Assembly (NCBI RefSeq): GCF_006345805.1
Contig: NC_042997.1
Coordinates: forward strand, 207,762,001 to 207,826,000
From: Octopus sinensis
Lineage: Eukaryota
Length of the DNA: 64,000 nucleotides
Direction of reading: 5' to 3'
Below, piece after piece: positions 1 to 8,986 of this stretch (the stretch's first letter is position 1; the number at the start of each line of letters is the position of its first letter). Both the position numbers and the translations under genes were made by a program. The notes under the pieces were generated by a model. It was not told where the DNA came from and did no database searches. It saw only the letters and a program-made list of their open reading frames with translations.

Positions 1-107
1 AGGTAGCATGATACTCTTTAGCTTTGGTTAGCAACCTTCCTTGAGATGGTGTCTAAATAAAAATACTTTAGGAGTAGATGGTTTACCTGTCGCCCAGTTT
101 TGCACTC

Positions 108-185
108 CTACCTAGCTTATTGGTTTGAAAAGAGCACCGCAACCGGATATTAGAAGGGTGTGAGTTCGATCCTCATGGCTGGCTG
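108..185 (+). mobile_element. tRNA-derived SINE head or tRNA-like relic
   Basis: A-box-like TAGCTTATTGG (113-123) and B-box GAGTTCGATCC (162-172) at tRNA-like spacing. No convincing cloverleaf. Confidence 0.4.
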
Positions 186-429
186 CTGGCAAATTGTTTT
201 GCTCTTAAAAGGATTTTATCCTTTATATATATATATATAACGGGAAGGTTTACGAAAATAAACAAAAGACGAAGGCAGGTGGAGTACAAACAAACAAATG
301 TATTAGTATGGCGCTCAGGAATAGAAATAGAACTAGTCTTTTACGTTTCAAGCCTATGCTCTTCGACAGAAAGATACACAGAAAAAAACAAGGAGAGAAA
401 AAAATGTGTGTAGGAGCTAACGATCTATC

Positions 430-510
<81 letters not shown>
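430..510. repeat. (TA)n microsatellite
   Basis: About 40 TA units with one interruption. It explains the spurious YIYI ORFs. Confidence 0.95.
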
Positions 511-514
<4 letters not shown>

Positions 515-610
515 CTGTTCAGTATTTATGCGTTGAATAAAAAAATCTTTCTACTTGTTCTACAATACATTTTAACGCTTTGAAAACAAACTCGTTTTAT
601 ATATATATTA

Positions 611-2771
611 CAGGGGTATCAAGCTGCTGGATCAGGTAATGAAGGTTACGGAGAGGGTTATAGCCCAACTAATTAGAGAGAGAGTTAGCCTAGATCAGAT
701 GCAGTTTGGGTTAGTGCCAGGGAAAAGTACTACTGATGCTATTTTCATGGTAAGACAGCTGCAGGAGAAATACCTAGCCAAAGACAAGCCCCTATACCTG
801 GCTTTTGTTGATATGGAGAAAGCCTTCGACAGGGTCCCCTGATCCCTCATCTGGTGGTCAATGAGGAAACTAGGGATAGATGAATGGTTAGTGAAAGCTG
901 TACAAGCCATGTACAGAGACGCTGCTAGTAAGGTGAGGGTTGGCATCGAGTACAGTGAAGAATTCAGGGTAGAGGTTGGGGTCCACCAAGGTTCAGTCCT
1001 CAGTCCCCTCCTATTTATCATAGTCCTCCAGGCAATAACGGAGGAATTCAAGACAGGATGCCCCTGGGAGCTCCTCTATGCTGATTACCTTGCTCTAATT
1101 GCTGAGTCTCTATCAGAACTAGAGAAGTTTCAGGTATGGAAGCAAGGTTTAGAATTGAAGGGCCTTAGAATCAACCTAGCCAAAACCAAAGTCCTAATAA
1201 GTAGGAAGGTAGACCAATCACAAACGCCTTCAGGTAGATGGCCCTGCTTGATCTGTAGAAAAGGTGTAGGTAGAAACTCTATAAGATGCACCAAGTGTAA
1301 GCTATGGACACATAAGAGGTGCAGCAATGTCAAAGGAAGGCTAACTAGGAAGATGGTTTTTGTATGTGGCAGATGCTCAGGAACGATAAACACTGAAAAT
1401 GCTCTGAGACCAACTTCCGTCACTTTCCAGGGAGAAAAACTAGAAGTAGTTGATAGTTTCCGTTACCTAGGTGACCAAGTCAGTAGCGGGGGCGGGTGTG
1501 CTGAAAGTATAACTGCTAGAGTAAGAATAGCCTGGGCAAAGTTTAGAGAGCTCTTACCCCTGCTGGTGACAAAAGGCCTCTCGCTCAAAGTAAAAGGCAG
1601 ACTGTATGATGCATGTGTACGTACAGCCATGCTACATGGTAGTGAAACTTGGGCTGTGACTGCTGAGGATTTGCATAAGCTCGCAAGAAATGAAGCTAGT
1701 ATGCTCCGATGGATGTGTAACGTCAGTGTTCATAATCGACAGAGTGTAAGTACCTTGAGAGAAAAGTTGAACCTAAGAAGCATCAGTTGTTGTGTGCGAA
1801 AGTGCCACACCCTGGCAGTTGAGGGGACCTGTGGAAGAGGTAGACCCAGGAAAACCTGGGTCGAGGTGGTGAAGCACGACCTTCGAACTTTAGGTCTCAC
1901 CAAGGAAATGACCAGTGACCGAGACCTTTGGAAGTATGCTGTGCGTGAGAAAACCCGGCAAGACCAGTGAGAACAGTCAAAATCGAAATCAAACCAAATT
2001 GAGGTCGATCAACATCAGGGCCCCCGTGCAGGTGACACGTAAAACACCATCCGTTCGTGGCCATTTGCCAGCCCTGTCTGGCACCCGTGTCGGTGGCATG
2101 TAAAAGCACCATCCGTTCGTGTTCGTTGCCAGCCTGGCCTGGCCCCCGTGCCGGTGACACGTAAAAGCACCATACGTTCGTGGCCGTTTGCCAGCTCTGT
2201 CTGGCGCCCGTGCCGGTGACACATAAAAGCACCATCCGTTCGTGGCCATTTGCCAGCCCTGTCTGGCCCCCGTGTCGGTGGCATGTAAAAGCACCATCTG
2301 TTCGTGTCCGTTGCTAGCCTCGCCCGGCCCCCGTGCCGGTGACACGTAAAAGCACCATCCGTTTCATGGCCGTTTGCCAGCTCTGTCTGGCCCCCGTGTT
2401 GGTGGCACGTAAAAGCACCATCCGTTCGTGTCCGTTGCCAGCCTCACCTGGCCCCCGTGCTGGTGACACGTAAAAGCACCATCCGTTTCGTGGCCGTTTG
2501 CCAGCTCTGTCTGGCCCCCATGTTGGTGGCACGTAAAAGCACCATCCGTTCGTGTCCGTGCCAGCCTCGCCTGGCCCCGTGCTGGTGACACATAAAAAGC
2601 ACCCACTACACTCACGGAGTGGTTGGCGTTAGGAAGGGCATCCAGCCGTAGAAACACTGCCAGATCTGACTGGGCCTGATGAAGCCTTCCAGCTTCACAG
2701 ACCCCAGTTGAACCGTCCAACCCATGCTAGCATGGAGAACGGACGCTAAATGATGATGATGATGATGATGA
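611..2771 (+). mobile_element. 5'-truncated RTE-clade LINE (RT with internal PHD finger, 3' UTR, (GAT)n tail), defective
   Basis: Motifs AFVDMEKAFDRVP, HQGSVLSPLLF, YADY (normally YADD), FRYLG and GRGRPRKTW. In-frame stop at 840-842. (GAT)n tail at about 2751-2771. Confidence 0.93.
2023..2600 (+). repeat. About 61-62-bp minisatellite (about 10 units) inside the RTE 3' UTR
   Basis: Recurring ...CACGTAAAAGCACCATCCGTTCGTG... at a period of about 60-64 bp. Confidence 0.9.
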
Positions 2772-2939
2772 GATATATATATATATATATATATATATGT
2801 ATCTTAGAGAATGTTGGTTATGGCTGGTTCATAGGGTTGGCCAGGGTTAGTGGCTTATAACCTCTCTTAAAAAGGCTTGTTTTCAAATACACGGACAAAG
2901 AAGAAAGGTCAACCACAAGGGATTGTTCTCATTAGACCA

Positions 2940-3823
2940 CTACCTAAAATTCTTGTCAGCTTGAAGGTCCCAGGATTTCAGTAAGAATTGCCTGAAGTGT
3001 AAAACAAGATCTGAAGACATCCGTCTTGCACCCAGCAGCCAATTCCTCTTATGCCTAACTTCTCTCTCAGAACAGTGGCACTCTGTTGAACCTGTACACT
3101 TACATAACACATCCAGCAGAGCATACTAGCCTCATTCCTCTCCAACCTTCGCATGCCCTCTACATTTAGGGCCCACATCTCATTACCATGTAGAATTGCT
3201 GTCAATATACATACATCATACAATCTTCCTTTCACTCAGAAACCTTTTGGGGCCAATAGAGGTAAAAGCTCTCTGAATTTCCTCTGCCCTATTCTTCTTC
3301 TAGCTATCACACTCTTCTTGCATCTCCCCCCCCCACTATTAATTTGGTCCCCTAGGTAGCAGAAATTATCTACTACCTCTAATGAGCCACCAAGTCATTT
3401 GAGAAAATCAATTTCTCAAGTTTTTAAGGACCCTGTGCATCTTCCACATATGAAAACTATCTTCTCTGCTAACCTTACTATTAATCTGCTGCACCTCTTG
3501 TTTGTCCATAACTTACACTGGGTGCACAGTATGGAGTTCCTGCCTACACCTTTCCTACCAATTGAATAGGGCCACCTACCTGAGTTGGGAAGGATCCTGT
3601 CAGTTTTCTTGCTTGCTAGGACCTTAACCATTGCTAAGTTAGAATCCAGGTTTTGCTTCCACACCTGGAATTTCTCTTCTAGCTCTGATATGGAACCAGC
3701 TATGAGGACAAGAGGATCAGCATATAGTAGTGCCCGGAGACTGCTGGTCTTGAATTGTTCTGTTATGGCCTGGAGGACAATGATGAAAAGGAGGGGACTA
3801 AGGACTGATCCTTGATGAACCCC
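2940..3823 (-). mobile_element. Degenerate RTE LINE fragment (same family, RT plus PHD)
   Basis: Minus-strand remnants HQGSVLSPLLF, RNSILCTQCKLWTNKRC and KGRLYDVCILTAILHG, with multiple frameshifts. Confidence 0.85.
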
Positions 3824-4125
3824 TGTGTGTGTGTGTGTGTGTTACAGAGTTTTAGGACTTTCAATTCTGTTTATTTTATATTTTTACTTCTAATATTAAT
3901 TATATAAATATATGCATGTATACACATACACACACACACACACATAAACATATATATATAGATATATATACAAAATGAGAAAATGGAGAAACATACCTAA
4001 ATCAATCATCAACCATCAGATAATACCCAATCAATACTTTATTAAACCATTACACAACAGCAATGACATTATACATAATATATTACAAATATAACTAGAC
4101 ATAGAAAGAGAAATAGAAAATACAA

Positions 4126-4257
4126 TTACATTGTAGCTGACAGCTGTTTCAGCCGTGAAGACAGGTATGTCCCATTTAACCTATTAGCCATATAAAGCAG
4201 GTATAAATGAGACATTAACAAGAATGTCTCACGGCCTCTTCAGAGAATTTAATGTAA
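4126..4257 (-). ncRNA. Type I hammerhead ribozyme with long branched stem II and palindromic stem III
   Basis: Minus strand: CUGAAGA (4243-4237), stem II GGCCGUGA/UCACGGCU, GAAA (4150-4147), palindromic ACAGCUGU and a GUC cleavage triplet. Stem I is CU/AG, an internal loop, then UUACAUU/AAUGUAA. Confidence 0.62.
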
Positions 4258-5049
4258 GTATGAAAAAAATTTACATATAAATATAAAAATGTGTGCATAG
4301 TCACTCATAATTCTACACATATATATATACACAATAATACAATATAAACAATATATATCAATATACATTAACAAACACAATAATGTTCCATATTGAACTC
4401 ATAGTTCTATAACCAACATCAAGGAAATACATGTACACTCACATTTAAATTTAAAGCAGGCATATATATTTAACAGTCCAGCCTATTAAAATGTATAACC
4501 ACACAAAAAGTCAATAAAATTAATATTAATATTAATAATAATAATAATAATAATAATAACAACCATGATTGTACCATGTAAAGCAAGCGGACATCCACAT
4601 ATATACTCAATAAGTCGAATTCATCTGTCCGCTTGGTATTGATTTTCATAGATAGATTCGATTGGCTTATAGTTTTAAATTTGAATCACAATGGAAATTT
4701 TACGGTTAGTTAGCCAAGAAACATACATACGCGCACGCACATCCACAGATCGCGCGCACATACATACATAGTTATATGTATACACACACACACCCACCCA
4801 CACACATACACAGCCAAATCATAAATAAATAAATAAATAATATAAGAGGTAGAATCGCAACTATACACATGCAAAACAGAGGAACCCAACCGATTGCACA
4901 TACATGCATGCAGACATCAAGCCACCCCAAACGACACCATGGCCGTGGTATTAACTAAGTAGATCCACTCACATATTTCCATAAAACAGTAAATGCAAAC
5001 ATACATATAATTATATCCAGATAGAGAATATTAATTTACGGTAATAATT

Positions 5050-5204
5050 TTACCCTTGCCCACGTAATACAGTAGATGAATTAATTGCATCGCAATTTTT
5101 AACATTTATGTATTAGTTTTGTTGGGTACCTCTCTAGCAGTATATTGGATATATGTTATCCCATGGAGCGTTGAATTTACAACCCCTATCTCATTTTATA
5201 ACTA

Positions 5205-5241
<37 letters not shown>

Positions 5242-5396
5242 ATAACTCCAAGAAAGTTAGGGGTTGTGGATCCAACCCACTAAGGGATAATACCTATTTC
5301 TTATATACTGTTGGTATAATACCCAATTATTAATACACAAGTGCTTTTAATTGCATTGCAATTAACTTACCTATTGTATTAAAAGGGTGAAGGTAA
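5050..5396. mobile_element. Old foldback/MITE-like inverted repeat with central (TA)n
   Basis: 5050-5191 aligns by eye with the reverse complement of 5255-5396 (e.g. TTAATTGCATCGCAATT and ACAACCCCTA segments). Arms are diverged. Confidence 0.6.
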
Positions 5397-5570
5397 AGCG
5401 GTATTTTAGCATTAATTTATATTGCAAATAAGAAAATGGAGGAGCCCAATAGTTGGTTCATCAAATTTAGGACATTAAAATGTTAACCTGTTTATTTATC
5501 AACACGACAACCATAATAACATACATACATTTTCTTATTTGCTATATATATATATTTTTTCTCTTCTTAG

Positions 5571-5839
5571 CCACAGCATTTGGTGAAGGTGTTTATTTTG
5601 CCAAAGACATCCAATATTCTGCAAGTGATACCTATTCTACTCCTGACCATCTCAGAATAAAGAGAATATACCAATGCAGTGTTCTTGTGGGAAGAGTGAT
5701 GCGAGGACAAAACGGATTGAAAGTTTTACAGGAATCTTACAATTCTGCTGTTGATAATATTCAAAGACCCAATATTTATGTTATTTTCCATGACTCTCAA
5801 GCATATCCTAATTATTTGATTACATTCTCTAATCACTGA
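5571..5839 (+). CDS. Terminal coding exon of a PARP14/PARP15-like mono-ADP-ribosyltransferase (catalytic domain C-half)
   Basis: Polypyrimidine tract and AG at 5569-5570 (phase 1). Translation ATAFGEGVYFAKDIQYSASDTYSTPD...SAVDNIQRPNIYVIFHDSQAYPNYLITF* matches the PARP14-type pattern NATAYGKGTYFA...SYSA...AYPEYLITF. AATAAA at 5959-5964. Upstream exons were not found in the window. Confidence 0.88.
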
Positions 5840-6066
5840 ATATAATTGGAATTCATAAAACACATATAATGTGAACAGGAATATATTTAACAGAAGAAAA
5901 ACAAAGAAAATACAGGAAATTCTCTAATTCTAGGTGCAACCCCAGGGTCTTTTGTAAGAATAAAACTATTCAATAGAATATTTTTCTATCATTCACACAG
6001 TGTTGTTGTCATTTTCTATCTTTTTTTACTTTAGAAATAATTATTGCTAAATATTAAAATACATGA

Positions 6067-6410
6067 AGGTACATGGCTCAGTGGTTAAAGAATCGGGCTC
6101 ACAATCATGAGGTAATGAGTTCAATTTCCAGGCTGGGTTGTGTGTTATGTTCTTGAGCAAGACACTTTCTTTCACAATGCTCCTTGTTCAGTGAACTGTA
6201 GCAATGAGTTTCCACATCAATGGTGCCAAGCTGTATCGGCCCCTTTGCCTTTCCCTTGGATAACATTGGTGGTGGGGAGAGAGGAGGCTGGTATGGATGG
6301 GTGACTACTGGTCTTCCATAAACAAACCTTGCCTGGACTTGTGCCTTCGAGGAGAACTTTCTAGGTGCAATCCCACGGTCATTCATGACTGAAAGGGGTT
6401 CTTTACCCTT
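6067..6410 (+). mobile_element. tRNA-derived SINE
   Basis: A-box TGGCTCAGTGG, B-box-like GAGTTCAATTTC and the body motif TTCTTGAGCAAGACACTT common in metazoan SINEs. Confidence 0.7.
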
Positions 6411-6427
6411 TTAATATAGAATGCAGG

Positions 6428-6600
6428 CTGAAGGCGGCAAGCTAGCAGAACCATTAGCATGCTGGGCAAAATGGTTAGCAGCATTCCCTCTGGCTTTACG
6501 TTCTGAGTTCAAATTCCATCAAGGTTGATTTTGCCCTTCATCTTTTCCGGGGTCTATAAAATAAGTACCAGTTGAACACTGGGGATCAATATAATCAACA
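6428..6600 (+). mobile_element. Octopus OR-type SINE, diverged copy
   Basis: Shares TACGTTCTGAGTTCAAATTCC...AAGTACCAGTT with copies at 15062, 15665 and 63255. The family name is from recall. Confidence 0.7.
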
Positions 6601-6646
6601 CACCTCCTCCCAGTTCAAGGCAATGTAAATGAGACAGTGTATTAAC

Positions 6647-6877
6647 CAGTGGCATAGTTGTTAAGATCATGGGATACTAACCCCAAGATTCCAAGTTCAA
6701 TTCCAGGCAGTAACCTGAATAATAATAAGAATAACAACATTGAAAAATACCTTAGGAATGAGAACCCAGGTTCAAAATTTCCCCAAGACACCTGATGAAG
6801 GCTGGAGGGTATATCAGCCGAAACATGTTAACAACAAACAAGATGAGGTCAAATATCCGTCAAATGTAAATAATGTA
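6647..6877 (+). mobile_element. tRNA-headed SINE-like element carrying a degenerate hammerhead motif
   Basis: A-box-like TGGCATAGTTG (6650-6660) and B-box-like AGTTCAATTCC (about 6694-6704). CTGATGA at 6792-6798, stem II GGCTG/CAGCC, GAAA at 6820-6823. Confidence 0.6.
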
Positions 6878-6878
6878 C

Positions 6879-7273
6879 CAGTCATGGCTGTCAGACAATT
6901 TCTGCAACTACATCACCCCTAACATCTGGCCACCTAACACCCCAGACTGCAATCCCTGCACCATGATTATTATGTATGGAGCGCAATTGAGTGAGGAACC
7001 AACAAAACTCCTTGTAACACCAAAGATGAACTGAAGGCAAGGATTATGGCAGCATTGACCAACTTAAACAAGGAGACTGTCAAGAAGAGCTGCAGGAGAT
7101 TCTGAAGTTGTCTGGAGGTCGTGGTTGAAGCCAATGGTAATTTTATTGAAGGAATTAACTCTTTAGTATTTCAAGATATTTTTATGTAATTTTGGTAAAT
7201 ATGTCTGTTAAAATGAGATGTCAGTGTTATTTTCGTTTCTGTGTAATTCAGACAACAATTTATTCACCGCACC

Positions 7274-7278
<5 letters not shown>
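6879..7278 (+). mobile_element. Tc1/mariner-superfamily (maT/DD37D-like) transposase 3' relic with right end
   Basis: Remnants WPPN-PDCNP, YYVW-AIE, TPCNTKDELKARIMAA and LEVVVEANG. Ends ...CACCCTG followed by TA. Confidence 0.75.
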
Positions 7279-7316
<38 letters not shown>

Positions 7317-7318
7317 AT

Positions 7319-8460
7319 ATCATCATCGTCATCATAGTTTAACGTCTGCTTTCCATGCTAGCATGGGTTGAACGATTTGACTGAGGACTGGTGAACCAGA
7401 TGGCTGCACCAGGCTCCAATCTGATCTGGCAGAGTTTCTACAGCTGGATGCCCTTCCAAACTCCAACCACTCTGAAAGTGTATTGGGTGCTTTTACGTGC
7501 CACTGGCACGAGGGCCAGGCTGGCAGTACTGGCAACGGCCACACATAAATAGTGTTTTATACGTGCCACCTGCACAGGAGCCAGTCCAGCGGCACTGGCA
7601 ACAACCTCACCTGAATGTTTTTTCATGTGCCACTGGCACAAGTACCAGTAAGGCAATGATGGTAACAATCACATTCAAATAGTGATATTTACATGCCACC
7701 AGCACGGAAACTAGACAACTGCTCGGGCAATGAACATGCTCGGATGGTGCTGTTAGCACTCCACTGGCACGGGTGTCAGTCATTGAATTTGGTTCAATTA
7801 TGATTTCGATTTTGCTTGCCCCAACAGGTCTTTGCAAGCAGAGTTTAGTGTCCAATGAAAGAAAAAGTACCAGTTATGTGGCACCAGTATCAACCATGAC
7901 TAAGATTTCACTTAGCTTGATGGGTCTTCTCAAGCACAGCATATCACCAAAGGTCTCGGTCACTAGTCATTGCCTCCGTGAGGCCCAAAGTCCAAAGATT
8001 GTAATTCACCACCTCGTTCCATGTCTTCCTGGGTCTATCTCTACCACAGGTTTCCTCTGCAGTCACAGCCCATGTTTCACTACCGTGAAGCATGGAAGTT
8101 CGCACACATGTCATACAATCTACCTTTCACTCTGAGTGAGAGACCCTTTGTCACCTGTAGCAGTAGGAGCTCCATGAACTTTGACCAGGCTATTCTTATT
8201 CTAGTGGTAACACTTTCTGAGCATCCACCCCAGCTACTGACTTGGTCACCTAGGTAGCCAAAACAATCAACTACTTCTAGTTTCTCCCCCAGGAGTGTAA
8301 TGGAATCTGTTTTCTGAGTATCAATGGTGTCTATTGCTCCTGTGCATCTGCTCCACATGGAAGCTATTGTAATGGAACTGGTTGTGTCTTTACACTGCTT
8401 GGGTGCAACACAATTTCCTTTCTTTTGTTTCTAGAAACTGCCAGTCAGGAACAAAAACGC
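7319..8460 (-). mobile_element. RTE LINE 3' fragment with (GAT)n tail and a short version of the 3' UTR minisatellite
   Basis: Minus-strand LGEKLEVVDCFGYLGDQVSSWGGCSES...KGRLYD, with a tail homologous to 2600-2771. Confidence 0.85.
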
Positions 8461-8879
8461 AACCTTAAAAATATATATGACTCTTTATTTTCTTATTTTT
8501 AAAAGAAGTACGTTGGTATATTGGTATCCACTTGGTTCGATATAGCAAGGCTGAATTTTAACATTTGTAAGATTCTTACAACAAATTCAGCAGCAACAGA
8601 GCAGGTCAAATCCTAAGCGTCTGGGACAGGAGAATAGGCTGATCACACGTTTAACACGTCCTTTCTCTTCAATAGCCGTGTCTCAAGTCAACGACGCTAA
8701 CAAGGAACGCGATAGAATTTTCTTCCCCAGTCTCTAGCACATGTGCATGAGGGAACTTCCTTAGGCCTTTCCAGAAGGTTCCAGTCCCGCACACGCACAC
8801 TGAAGAATGACGTTGCGTGTGCGCACACTGGAAGATGACGTCACTACACTATCTCCCCAGTCAATTTTCCTTTGATAGT

Positions 8880-8975
8880 GCTGCACCTCTTATGTGTCCA
8901 TAGCTTTCACTAGGTACATCTTATGGAGTTTCTACCGACACCTTTTCTACAGATCGAGCAGTGCCACTTACATTG
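8880..8975 (-). mobile_element. Small RTE fragment (PHD-finger segment) abutting the satellite
   Basis: Reverse complement matches the CRKGVGRNSIRCT..KLWTH segment at 1245-1320. Confidence 0.65.
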
Positions 8976-8986
8976 AAGGGTGTGTG

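Noticed and set aside
250-583. YIYI-rich ORFs; likewise HT-rich and SL-rich ORFs at 32651, 46891 and 48895
   Set aside because: These are translations of TA, CA and CT microsatellites.
4584-4635. 10-bp inverted repeat CAAGCGGACA/TGTCCGCTTG near the hammerhead
   Set aside because: A single short stem with a 32-nt spacer. No function can be supported, and no GIY-YIG/PLE ORF was recognisable nearby.
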